From positions 1,084-65,083 of the forward strand of contig JAFTHP010000004.1 in the NCBI GenBank assembly GCA_017457305.1: DNA of 64,000 nt, read 5' to 3'. The stretch comes from Clostridia bacterium. GTDB lineage: Bacteria; Bacillota; Clostridia; Christensenellales; CAG-314. This document shows positions 1 to 8,894 of the stretch, in pieces (the first letter of the stretch is position 1; each line of letters starts with the position of its first letter). Below the pieces are notes generated by a model. It did not search any database. It was not told the origin of the DNA and saw only the letters and a program-made list of their open reading frames with translations. Both the position numbers and the translations under genes were made by a program.

Positions 1-7
1 GAGAATT

Positions 8-826
8 ATGTCAGAATGTACACATGATTGTTCCACTTGCACAGCAGATTGCTCCAGTCGCACAGCGGAAAATCAACACGCAAAATTAAACGAACTATCC
101 AAGGTTGGCAAGGTTATTGCAGTTGTCAGCGGTAAGGGCGGTGTAGGCAAAAGTCTTGTAACAAGCTTGCTTGCAACACTAACTCAACGCAAAGATAAGT
201 CCACTGCCATTTTGGACGCAGATATCACCGGACCAAGTATTCCACAAGCATTTGGCTTGCATTGCAATGCCATGGCGGACGACAAGGGTATTTATCCTGT
301 TACCAGCGCCAACGGAACACAAATTATGTCCATCAATCTGTTGCTAGAAAACGAAGCCGATCCAGTTGTATGGCGTGGCCCAGTTATTGCCGGCGCAGTA
401 ACACAATTTTGGACGGACGTAGTTTGGGATGACGTAGACTTTATGTTTGTAGATATGCCACCAGGAACTGGGGACGTTCCACTAACAGTCTTCCAATCCT
501 TGCCAGTAGATGGCATTGTTGTGGTAACCAGCCCACAAGAGCTTGTTAGTATGATTGTTAGCAAGGCTGTAAAAATGGCAGAAATGCTCAACGTTCCAAT
601 CATTGGTTTGGTAGAAAATATGAGCTACTTCAACTGCCCAGATTGTGGAAAGCAACACAAGATCTATGGCGAAAGCAACGTTGACAAACTTGCCGAACAA
701 TACGGTATCGACACAGTTTGCAAGTTGCCAATCGACCCCAAGTTTGCAACACTTTGCGACAAGGGTGCTATCGAAGCTGTCAGCGGAACTTGGCTTGATG
801 CACTTGTAGACAAAATTATCAAGTAG
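8..826 (+). CDS. Mrp/NBP35-family Fe-S cluster carrier ATPase (ApbC-like)
   Basis: 272-aa ORF. Deviant Walker A SGKGGVGKS, Cys-rich N-terminus CTHDCSTCTADC and C-terminal CPDCG motif. A terminator follows. Confidence 0.9.
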   Translation: MSECTHDCSTCTADCSSRTAENQHAKLNELSKVGKVIAVVSGKGGVGKSLVTSLLATLTQRKDKSTAILDADITGPSIPQAFGLHCNAMADDKGIYPVTSANGTQIMSINLLLENEADPVVWRGPVIAGAVTQFWTDVVWDDVDFMFVDMPPGTGDVPLTVFQSLPVDGIVVVTSPQELVSMIVSKAVKMAEMLNVPIIGLVENMSYFNCPDCGKQHKIYGESNVDKLAEQYGIDTVCKLPIDPKFATLCDKGAIEAVSGTWLDALVDKIIK

Positions 827-850
827 AACAAATCAACAAAAACAACAAAA

Positions 851-879
851 CGCTATTGAACTATCAATAGCGTTTTTTT
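851..879 (+). terminator. rho-independent terminator
   Basis: 9-bp stem CGCTATTGA/TCAATAGCG followed by a T7 run, about 25 nt after the stop codon. Confidence 0.75.
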
Positions 880-916
880 GTTACTTATATATGTTAAAAC
901 GTACAACTATGGTTGT

Positions 917-2383
917 TTAGCTCCCTTTATTGTACAATTTGTGGGATTGTTCAAATTGCGTTTTCCACTCCAACAGTTCCGCTTTGGTGGCTACCAACGT
1001 GCTTTCAAATAGGTCCACGGTAGTGGGCGAAAGCAACGTTTGTGCCACTTGTAGGGGCTGTGGTATTTGGTTTTGTTTTTTGTAGTTGTTTCCGCAAAAC
1101 AGGTATTTGTCGTTTGAACGGAAGGTATTTGTCAATATTTTTTGCGCCCTTTGGGCGGTGTCCTTTGCTTCTAACAGTTGGTTTGTAATACAAGATAATT
1201 GGCTTGCAAGCGCCGTTAGTAGCACAGTTGTTGGCAAGGCACAGTTAGCCTTTGAACCAACACTTCTCCACTCAATTCGACCTTGCTGGTAGCTTACAGC
1301 AACAGTTCTGTTTCTTTGAATTTTGTTTAGCTTCAACAAGTCTTTTTCTACGTCAAAGGATGATTGTGTAATTTTATTTACCGCCGTGTGTAATTGCTGT
1401 CCTAGGCACATATTGATGGTTGTTGGCGGTGCTTCCTTTTGACCTAAACGCTTGCAGTTTGTGGGTGTCAACACGGCAAATTGCAGTAGCTGTTGATGGC
1501 TTGCAATGGCGTTTACAAATGCAGCAATAAGTAGCAAAAATCTTGCGTTTTCCATTGGCGTGTTGCCCACTTGTAGCAAGTTGGTGTCCTCCGCCCACAA
1601 CGAGAAGTTTAGGTGCTTTCCGCTTCCGCTGAGATCGGGAAAGGGCTTTTCTTCAAATACACAGTTGTACCCTTCTTTTTGGGCAATGCTATTTAGCACT
1701 TGCATTACTATGTGATTGTTCCAGCAAGCTTGTGTTGCGTTGCAAAATTGCGGTGTAAGTTCCTGCTGGCAGGGAGCAACTTCGTTGTGTTGGCTTTCTA
1801 CTACTATTCCCAAACGGGATAGGCTCTTTTGCACCTTTTGCCAGTAGTCTATTGTTTTGCTGGTGGGTAGTGCACAGTAGTTGTTGTATTGCAAGTTTGA
1901 TTTGTCATTTTGTGGTATCAAAAAGTACTCCTGTTCAATACCAAGCTTGATGCAACTAGTGGAGTAGTTGTACCCTAGCGCATTTGTAAAGCGAAGCAAC
2001 TGTTTTTCTACTGCTTTGCAAGCTTTTTGCAATGGAACAAAGTAGTCCAGCGCTCCTTTGGGGCAAGCAAAGTGGCTAGGTAAATACAGTACGTTGTCCA
2101 ACACAAAGGGGCTAGTATTGCAAATGGTGGCGTATGCGTAGGCGTTAGTCAAATTGCACAGCCGTGAGGCAAAGTTACTGCCGTCCATTTCGGAAAGGGC
2201 AACTGTACGTTCGTCAAGCAGTTCAATGGGAGCTAGTTTTGCGCAGGGTTTACCACCGATGGGAACAAAGTAGTGCCCAAAGTGCGTTGCGCCACGTTTA
2301 ATTGCCCAGTTTTTAAGCTTCTTTACACCGCTAGGGGTAAGTTGACCTTCAAATACATCCCTTCCAAAGCTATTTTTATCCAC
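917..2383 (-). CDS. short divergent type III glutamine synthetase-like ligase
   Basis: The ORF-track start (TTG 2521) overlaps the upstream gene and runs through a terminator hairpin. GTG 2383, preceded by AAGGGGG, is the likely start (488 aa). Motifs seen: WAIKRGATHFGHYF (GSIII N-domain-like), LGIEQEYFLIP, NEVAPCQQE, SGSGKHLNFS, KRLGQKEAPP, RNRT. Confidence 0.65.
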   Translation of the reverse strand: MDKNSFGRDVFEGQLTPSGVKKLKNWAIKRGATHFGHYFVPIGGKPCAKLAPIELLDERTVALSEMDGSNFASRLCNLTNAYAYATICNTSPFVLDNVLYLPSHFACPKGALDYFVPLQKACKAVEKQLLRFTNALGYNYSTSCIKLGIEQEYFLIPQNDKSNLQYNNYCALPTSKTIDYWQKVQKSLSRLGIVVESQHNEVAPCQQELTPQFCNATQACWNNHIVMQVLNSIAQKEGYNCVFEEKPFPDLSGSGKHLNFSLWAEDTNLLQVGNTPMENARFLLLIAAFVNAIASHQQLLQFAVLTPTNCKRLGQKEAPPTTINMCLGQQLHTAVNKITQSSFDVEKDLLKLNKIQRNRTVAVSYQQGRIEWRSVGSKANCALPTTVLLTALASQLSCITNQLLEAKDTAQRAQKILTNTFRSNDKYLFCGNNYKKQNQIPQPLQVAQTLLSPTTVDLFESTLVATKAELLEWKTQFEQSHKLYNKGS

Positions 2384-2433
2384 AACAACCCCCTTGCTAT
2401 GTGGTAGTATATGCTTTGGCTGTGCAAAAAGAC

Positions 2434-2464
2434 ACAAAAAAAGCCATCCAACTGGGGATGGCTT
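2434..2464 (-). terminator. rho-independent terminator between the CofE-like and GS-like genes
   Basis: On the minus strand: AAGCCATCC-CCAGTT-GGATGGCTT followed by T7, about 17 nt after the stop at 2481. Confidence 0.8.
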
Positions 2465-2480
2465 GTAGTTGCATGTTGTA

Positions 2481-3653
2481 CTACATTGCGTAGTTTTTAA
2501 AGTAGTTTTGTACCAATACAAATGGTGTGCCCTTGTCGCCGCTACCGCTTGTTAGGTCGGCAAGACTTGCAAGTAGGTCGGTTAGTCTACGTGGTGTAGT
2601 TCCTTGGCTCTTGATGTTGCCCACAAGGTTGCTTTCCTTGTTTAGGATGGCTTGTTTCATTGCGGCAATTGCTTCTTCGCCAGTAAGGTCACGTAGGTCG
2701 TTATCTGCAACGTACTTTAGTTTGATTTCGTTTGGAGTTCCACTAAGGCCTGCGGTGAACGCTGGGCTACAAACTGGATCGGCAAGTTCCCAAATTCCGC
2801 CAACGGGATCTTTGAAAGCGCCATCGCCGTAAACCATAACTTCCACAAGCTTGCCTGTGCGTTGAAGTAGTTGTTGTTGAACGGCTTGTACAAACTTTTG
2901 CGCATCACGTGGGAACAACTTTACGCTGTTTGCTGTTGCAAGGTTGCTACCAAGAACACCGTACTGTTCGTTGTAGCCGCTACCGTCAACGCTCTTGCAC
3001 AAGATGTTATCCAATGTGATAACCTTTTCTGCACCGCCCAATTGCAACATTTTTTGTGTGCGGAAACGTGTGTGGATATCTGCTGCGATAACGTACTTTG
3101 TGTGGTTGAGAATTTCGCAAGGATTGTTTGCAAGGATAATTTCGCAACCGCTAATGGACTTGTAGTAGTCAATATAGTCTACGCCAGTAAAGGTGTGTTT
3201 AACGTCGCCAAAGGTTTGGTAAAATTGTTGGTCGGTAAACACGTCGGTGTAGGGGTTAACTCCCTTTTCCATCATTTTTTCGTAGGTTACAAAGCTGTTG
3301 CCCACTTCGTCACTTGGGTAGGATAGTTGAACGATAAGCTTCTTTACCCCCTTTGCAATGCCAGCAAGCACTTGAGAAAATCTGTTTCTGCTAAAAATTG
3401 GAAAAACCAATCCAACAGTTTCGTCGCCAAAGATGCTGTTAACGTCCTTTGCAATTTGGTCGATGGTGGCGTAGTTGCCTTGCGCTCTGCCAAGAACAGC
3501 TTCGGTAATGCAGTACACGTCGTGGTCCTGAATTGGCCATCCGCCCGTTTTGCTAGCGTTGATAACGCAATCGCAAGCGATGGTAACAAGGTCATCCCCT
3601 TGTCTAATGATGGGGGCGCGAACGCCTCTGCTGATAGTGCCTTGATAGTCCAT
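2481..3653 (-). CDS. CofE-like protein (F420-0:gamma-glutamyl ligase fold family), function unknown
   Basis: 390 aa from ATG 3653 with a GGAGGG SD. The N-terminal RAPIIRQGDDL...ITEAVLGRAQGN pattern is typical of CofE-like proteins. Assignment is from memory only. Confidence 0.55.
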   Translation of the reverse strand: MDYQGTISRGVRAPIIRQGDDLVTIACDCVINASKTGGWPIQDHDVYCITEAVLGRAQGNYATIDQIAKDVNSIFGDETVGLVFPIFSRNRFSQVLAGIAKGVKKLIVQLSYPSDEVGNSFVTYEKMMEKGVNPYTDVFTDQQFYQTFGDVKHTFTGVDYIDYYKSISGCEIILANNPCEILNHTKYVIAADIHTRFRTQKMLQLGGAEKVITLDNILCKSVDGSGYNEQYGVLGSNLATANSVKLFPRDAQKFVQAVQQQLLQRTGKLVEVMVYGDGAFKDPVGGIWELADPVCSPAFTAGLSGTPNEIKLKYVADNDLRDLTGEEAIAAMKQAILNKESNLVGNIKSQGTTPRRLTDLLASLADLTSGSGDKGTPFVLVQNYFKNYAM

Positions 3654-3730
3654 TACAAACCCTCCGCAACAATAAAGATTTTTTACACAACAAATGTACA
3701 CCTTTTTTATATTATTGTCAAGACTTCACA

Positions 3731-3768
3731 AATAAAAACAACCCCAACGAACGTTGAGATTGTTTTTT
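3731..3768. terminator. bidirectional hairpin terminator ending the SipW operon
   Basis: 13-nt arms AACAACCCCAACG/CGTTGAGATTGTT (10/13 complementary), flanked by an A-run and a T6 run. Confidence 0.6.
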
Positions 3769-3798
3769 GTAGAGATAATTATTGCGAGTTAGGTGGAG

Positions 3799-5175
3799 TT
3801 ATTTTTTTGACCAAGTTCCTGATATATCGCCGTCCCATGTGGAAGAAGTCTTGGTATACAAGTTGTTAGAATTGGTTGGAAGTGTAAGGTCACCAGTTTG
3901 ATTCCACTTGTTATCCCAGTTATTTGTTGAAACGCTTCCGTTCATTCGACAGAAAATAACGTTTATCCAAGTACCATCAGGAATAATAACTTCAAAAATT
4001 CCATCGCCATTGCTATCTGTCATACTTGCCCAGGTATTTGTTCCAGCGGTATTATTAAAGAAGTATGCTGCGAATCTAGCGCCCCCACTATTCCAAGAAC
4101 TATTAGGTTTGAAATAAAGTATCTTTTTGCCACAAACCGTACAACATCCAGTGTCACTATGGTCGCTATTGTGATTACCAGTCAAAAGTGTAGTACCAGA
4201 ACTATTTTTGAAGGTGTGAGTGGTAAGAGTGTATGTAAATGTAGTGTTTTGTCTTGCTATATAAATACTTTCGTTGGATTCTGAAAGTTTTGAAGTATCA
4301 AAGTAGAAATCATACAAATCAGTGTATGACAAATAAATGTTGTCGTCTGAAGATGAAGTTGCCCCTTGACTTCCTGTTTTATTATATTTTGTGCCGTAGT
4401 AAATGTATTGAGATGTTAGGGCATCAACAATTTTTAGTCCAGCTCCACTATATCCAGGAACTCCAGTTAACATTCTTTCGTTTGAATTAGATGGATTAAC
4501 CTTCATACCGTATGTCTCAGTCGCAGTCCAGTTGTTAAAGTCACCAAGAACATAGTATCTGTAATAGAAAGTAGGAGTAAAGGTTGCTGTCCTGGTTATT
4601 CCTTCGTAAGTATATGAAACAGACGAGTCACCAGGGGTTGTGGATTGGTTGTTCCATGTTAATTGATAATCACTTTCGTCCAATACGGCACTAGATTCAT
4701 TGCTAAAATAAGCTGTTACTGTTAGAGCATTTTCAGGCATGTTGCTTCCGACTTCTAGCTTATTGCCCGTATAGGTTGCTGTGATACTTACTAATTCTAC
4801 TGCCAAAACAGTAATAGTAAATGTGTCTGTTTGACCTTGGTATGTAACAGTATAGGTAACAGTACCAGCGGCGGTATTTGTTCCGCTTGTTATTTCAACT
4901 GTATATTGTGAAGATTCTAGTGTTTCCGGTTCGCCAGTGGTGTAGTTAGCATCTACACTCAGTTCATTTGGATCGTAGGATTGTCCTACAAAAATATCTC
5001 CACCCGTATAGCTTGCAGTGATACTTTGCAATTCTCTTTCGGGAACGGCGGCTGTGATGGTTATGCTAAGTGGCTCGGCGTTTAGGGTGTACAACGCAAA
5101 ACAACTGCCCACTGCGGAAAAGCACAGTAGGACAGCAAAAATAAATATCAATGTTTTGGTTGTGTTGTTGTTCAT
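3799..5175 (-). CDS. secreted protein with SipW-type signal peptide, two Ig-like repeats and two glycan-binding-like C-terminal modules
   Basis: 458 aa. Signal peptide ...AVGSCFALYTLNAEP. Repeats of about 77 aa (SITASYTGG.../SITATYTGN...) at about 4576-5031. Then YYVLGDFNNW... and YFKPNSSWNSGGARFAAYFF...NNWDNKWNQTGDL modules. Confidence 0.8.
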   Translation of the reverse strand: MNNNTTKTLIFIFAVLLCFSAVGSCFALYTLNAEPLSITITAAVPERELQSITASYTGGDIFVGQSYDPNELSVDANYTTGEPETLESSQYTVEITSGTNTAAGTVTYTVTYQGQTDTFTITVLAVELVSITATYTGNKLEVGSNMPENALTVTAYFSNESSAVLDESDYQLTWNNQSTTPGDSSVSYTYEGITRTATFTPTFYYRYYVLGDFNNWTATETYGMKVNPSNSNERMLTGVPGYSGAGLKIVDALTSQYIYYGTKYNKTGSQGATSSSDDNIYLSYTDLYDFYFDTSKLSESNESIYIARQNTTFTYTLTTHTFKNSSGTTLLTGNHNSDHSDTGCCTVCGKKILYFKPNSSWNSGGARFAAYFFNNTAGTNTWASMTDSNGDGIFEVIIPDGTWINVIFCRMNGSVSTNNWDNKWNQTGDLTLPTNSNNLYTKTSSTWDGDISGTWSKK

Positions 5176-5185
5176 ATCGTAGTAA

Positions 5186-6220
5186 TTAGTTGTTGTACAT
5201 TTCTTTTTGCAAATCTACCGCATTGGGTGGCAGTTGCGGATAAGGGTACAGTGTGGTTTGGATAACTTCCACTGGTGCTTGTTGCACCTGTTTGGTAGTT
5301 TTTTGTGCAGATTTTTTTGCTTTGCGTTTGTTTAGCCTGTCTACACGTTTTTGGGCACGCAAGCGTTCTTCGGGTGTTTTTGCCAATAGCACGGTTGGAT
5401 CTTCCACTTGGTAAGGTGGTGTAAGATTGTTGTTTCCGTTTGGATTGAAAGGTGGGGGTGGTGGCATAACACCAAGATAAATCTTTCGGTTGTGCTTGTC
5501 TTGCACGATAGAGCCATTGGCACTAACGGACAAATTGGGCGCAGACCAATCTAGTTGCGATTGATACCTTTGATTCCAGTCGTCCCACACGGCTTTTTCC
5601 TTGCGTTGTTTATCTGCAAGCACTTCCAGCCAGAAAGCAGCAAAGAAATAGATAAACAAGCATCCAGCAACAGCAATAATACCGTAAATGCTTTGAACAA
5701 ATCTAATAACGGTAGCAAAACCGCTACCCCAGGTTGTCCAGTAGATACCAATTATTTGTCGTTCGTCCACCAAATAGGGATCGTTTGCGTTGTTAGCATC
5801 GCCCCTGCAAGTGTACATACGCACAACTTGACCTTGTTGATTTACGTACTCGGTTTTGTCAATAATGCGATGCACAACTGTTTTTCCGTTGCTATTTTTG
5901 TAAGCAACAACTGTGTAGATGGATAGTTGACTGCTATCTTCCACAGGCTTGATAAAAATAAGGTCATTTGCACCAAACTGCTCGTCCTGTCTGTTGGCAA
6001 GGTAGTGCATGTTAGAAGGATGGATTTCGCTCATACTAGGGCTGTTGTTAACAAGATAAGCTCTGTAACCAAAAAAGTTGAAGGTGTCATCGCCCCGCAA
6101 TTTGGAAACAATCGCCACCGCATCAACAAAAAGCACAGCAACAATGATTATCCACAACAAAACGTTAAGGATACCTTCCAATGCACTTTTTTTCTTTTTT
6201 TGCTTGTTGATTTTTGCCAT
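5186..6220 (-). CDS. sipW: SipW-type (archaeal/ER-type) signal peptidase I with long C-terminal tail
   Basis: 344 aa from ATG 6220 (SD AAAGGTG). N-terminal TM, SPSMSE Ser box, VVHRII His box, RGDANNANDP Asp box and a second TM. A 142-aa Pro/Lys/Gln-rich tail follows. Confidence 0.8.
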   Translation of the reverse strand: MAKINKQKKKKSALEGILNVLLWIIIVAVLFVDAVAIVSKLRGDDTFNFFGYRAYLVNNSPSMSEIHPSNMHYLANRQDEQFGANDLIFIKPVEDSSQLSIYTVVAYKNSNGKTVVHRIIDKTEYVNQQGQVVRMYTCRGDANNANDPYLVDERQIIGIYWTTWGSGFATVIRFVQSIYGIIAVAGCLFIYFFAAFWLEVLADKQRKEKAVWDDWNQRYQSQLDWSAPNLSVSANGSIVQDKHNRKIYLGVMPPPPPFNPNGNNNLTPPYQVEDPTVLLAKTPEERLRAQKRVDRLNKRKAKKSAQKTTKQVQQAPVEVIQTTLYPYPQLPPNAVDLQKEMYNN

Positions 6221-6384
6221 AGTAAAAAACACCTTTCAAAATAAAAGCAGAACAATGCTTTGCAAAAAACAGTGATAGTGTAAAGTGTCCTTTGCAAAAA
6301 ATTGCTCCAAACCTACTTGCAGGGAGTGCAACCCAAGGTCACACTCCCGGCATAAAAATAGGTTATAGGAAACTTAGATTAGGT

Positions 6385-7290
6385 TTATGGTTGTGCAGAG
6401 TATGAAACGTAGATTTCCCAGTTGTGATTTACATAAATACTGTAGTAACCATCAAGATTAGCAATAAAGTTGCCTTGACCATCAAGTCGCATATCACCAT
6501 AACCTGTTCCGCTTACTCCCCTGAAGTTGCCTTCCCAAGCGGATTGTAGTGCGTCCTCATTATCTAAATAGTAACGCAAAATCTTGATTGTATCGCCAGC
6601 TTTCAATTGTACGTCTTCAAGCCAAGCTCTATTATTGTTAACACCAATATCTTCAGGTGTAGCATAGTGAGAATTATTAGCTTCAGTAAATTTATACAAA
6701 GCATTTTCTCCATCTGTATGTACAGCCCAAGATTCTGTGCCATTGATATTACCTACAAGATACCAACCAGCAACAGGTTCCCAAGAACCGGTGTAACTTT
6801 CATCAATTACCCAATTAGCTGTTACAGTTGCAACTCTTTCTGCCCAAGATTCCCAATCAGCGTCTTCTCCAGTAAAGGTAAAGGAAAAAGTAACTTCGAG
6901 TGGTGAAGCAGATAGTCCATTAAGTTTAAAATAAACACCGTTTGCTAATTGTTCTTTAGTATAGTTATAGGGTTGATCATCGATAGTTGTAGCAACTTCA
7001 AGCATAGAACTGATGCCATTTCCAAATGTAAGGGAGAACTTACCATATTTAGAAGTATCAGAAACTTCTTCCGTTGTGGTGAGTTCAAGAGTCCAAGTTG
7101 TTGTGTCATTATCAGGATTTACAGTAGCATCAAGAGATGTGTTACCACCCCATGTTAAGCTAATTGAGTTACCTGTAGTAAGGGTAATGTTTTTTTCTTC
7201 TGCATTGATTATGTACAATGCGAAACATCCTCCTATAAATGCAATACACAAAACGGAAGCAACAAGCATTACTAAAATTTTATTCTTCAT
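6385..7290 (-). CDS. secreted protein with SipW-type signal peptide and C-terminal beta-sandwich (CBM-like) module
   Basis: 301 aa with a strong AAGGAGG SD. Signal peptide ...FIGGCFALYIINAEE. C-terminal WYLVGNINGTESW...AGDTIKILRYY module. Confidence 0.8.
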   Translation of the reverse strand: MKNKILVMLVASVLCIAFIGGCFALYIINAEEKNITLTTGNSISLTWGGNTSLDATVNPDNDTTTWTLELTTTEEVSDTSKYGKFSLTFGNGISSMLEVATTIDDQPYNYTKEQLANGVYFKLNGLSASPLEVTFSFTFTGEDADWESWAERVATVTANWVIDESYTGSWEPVAGWYLVGNINGTESWAVHTDGENALYKFTEANNSHYATPEDIGVNNNRAWLEDVQLKAGDTIKILRYYLDNEDALQSAWEGNFRGVSGTGYGDMRLDGQGNFIANLDGYYSIYVNHNWEIYVSYSAQP

Positions 7291-7305
7291 AATTCATTGT
7301 CCTCC

Positions 7306-7818
7306 TTATTGTTGTGTTTGTGTGAAACTGATGTTGATGCTACCACCAATAAGAGCTAGTTCTTGTTGTGTATAACTTGCATCAAGCTTATCTAGCAATG
7401 TGATGGACAAGTAGTATGTTGTTGTTTCATCAATGCCTGTGATAGTAATGTCGTCTGCACCTGTAATTGAGTGAAGAGCTTCGCCTGTACGGTCAGCACT
7501 TGCGTAAACATCAATTTTGATTTTATTCGCTAGTACTGAAACGCTTGTGTCAGACAATGTAATAACTAGTGTACCATTGGCTTCTGCCGTTGCACTTTTA
7601 TCAACAGTAGCAACAACGTCATAGTTTTTTGCAACACCTTCTTCAAGCGTAATGGAATTCATAGGTGTGCTTTGTCCTAGTGACAGCTTAACTACTTTAT
7701 CGCCCCTAATAGTACCAGTAGCTGGTGTAGCGTTAAAGTAATTTACGGCAAGAGCGCCACCTATGATTGATAGGCAGACGATCATGCCGACCATGAGAAA
7801 TAAGAGTTTCTTGTTCAT
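7306..7818 (-). CDS. TasA/camelysin-like small secreted subunit with SipW-type signal peptide
   Basis: 170 aa with an AGGAGG SD. Signal peptide ...IIGGALAVNYFNATP. Its size and Thr/Ser-rich beta-strand composition fit the TasA-like family. Confidence 0.65.
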   Translation of the reverse strand: MNKKLLFLMVGMIVCLSIIGGALAVNYFNATPATGTIRGDKVVKLSLGQSTPMNSITLEEGVAKNYDVVATVDKSATAEANGTLVITLSDTSVSVLANKIKIDVYASADRTGEALHSITGADDITITGIDETTTYYLSITLLDKLDASYTQQELALIGGSINISFTQTQQ

Positions 7819-8118
7819 TTAGTTTCCTCCTAAATAAAATATATTTTTTGCGTTGGAAAATGCCTAGTTCCAACAAGGTATTACAATTATATATATTTGA
7901 AAATACAAAGTCAATACTAAATAGAAAAATTATTTGTAAATTTTCATGGATAATTACAGATAAACCACTTTTTTGACAATAAAGTCAAGGCTTGGCAAAT
8001 AAAAACGCAACAAATACTAATGTGGAACTTGACGTAACATAAATAGTTACAGTACAACTACTTAGCAAATTAGATGTTGTTATTCGTCAAGCAACAAGTG
8101 TCCAGCAAAAATTGTGTA

Positions 8119-8146
8119 TTGACAAAAGTATTGTTTGTGGTATAAT
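8119..8146 (+). promoter_or_regulatory. sigma-A-type promoter with extended -10
   Basis: TTGACA, 16-nt spacer, TGgTATAAT, about 65 nt upstream of ATG 8211. Confidence 0.7.
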
Positions 8147-8210
8147 AAAAAACTAGCATACGTTTTTAGTAAAAAAGTTATTTCACACACAAAAAGGAAA
8201 CCAAAGATAT

Positions 8211-8894
8211 ATGAAAATTCTTTACTTACTGGCATTTTGCATAATATCTTGGGGTGTCTACTTGATAGTTCAACCCAAGGCGCGAAGCACCATATTGTAC
8301 ACGTTGGCAATTGGTTCCATTGTCAATGGATTTATCTTTACTGCCGATGCATTTCCCATTATGATAGGCAAATTCCCATTTGGCATGGATAGTGTTGTGT
8401 ACATATTGTTTCTGTTTTGCGTAACTATGATGTACGCCTACTACGGCAAAAAGGAAACAATCACATTGGTTATTGCTTGCATAGCTGCGGTAGTGTTTGC
8501 TGGCATAATAGAAGGCTTAACGGTGTGCAGTATTGATGGTTTAACCGACCAACTTGTACAAAAACTGTTTGGGTATCTCGTTAGAAGTGTGGGTAGTATT
8601 TTGTCCTGCATTGTGGTAGTTTGTTGCTGGTCGCTACTACGCAAGTATCAAATCAACTGCTACCTAAATCTAGTTGTAACGTTACTTGTTGCTAGCATTG
8701 TCAACGCAATTGTGTGCTACCTAACCTTTTTGTTTACAAGCGTGTACAAGGTTAGCTCAATGCTGTTCAATCAGCTTGTAGCAATGTATCTAGGGCACTT
8801 TATTGCCATTGGCTTTGCAGTTGTTACTGCGGTTATTTCCAATTACAAATATGGTGGCAAGTGCGCAATCCCCTACGAACAACAAATTCAATAA
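8211..8894 (+). CDS. polytopic membrane protein, function unknown (weak VUT/YhhQ-like resemblance)
   Basis: 227 aa with about 6 hydrophobic helices. The motif ...YAYYGKKE... is faintly reminiscent of queuosine-precursor transporters, but this is not secure. Confidence 0.6.
   Translation: MKILYLLAFCIISWGVYLIVQPKARSTILYTLAIGSIVNGFIFTADAFPIMIGKFPFGMDSVVYILFLFCVTMMYAYYGKKETITLVIACIAAVVFAGIIEGLTVCSIDGLTDQLVQKLFGYLVRSVGSILSCIVVVCCWSLLRKYQINCYLNLVVTLLVASIVNAIVCYLTFLFTSVYKVSSMLFNQLVAMYLGHFIAIGFAVVTAVISNYKYGGKCAIPYEQQIQ

Noticed and set aside
2384-2521. N-terminal extension of the GS-like ORF that overlaps the CofE-like gene.
   Set aside because: The extension runs straight through a strong terminator hairpin (2434-2464). 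It starts at a TTG with no SD, whereas GTG 2383 has AAGGGGG upstream.
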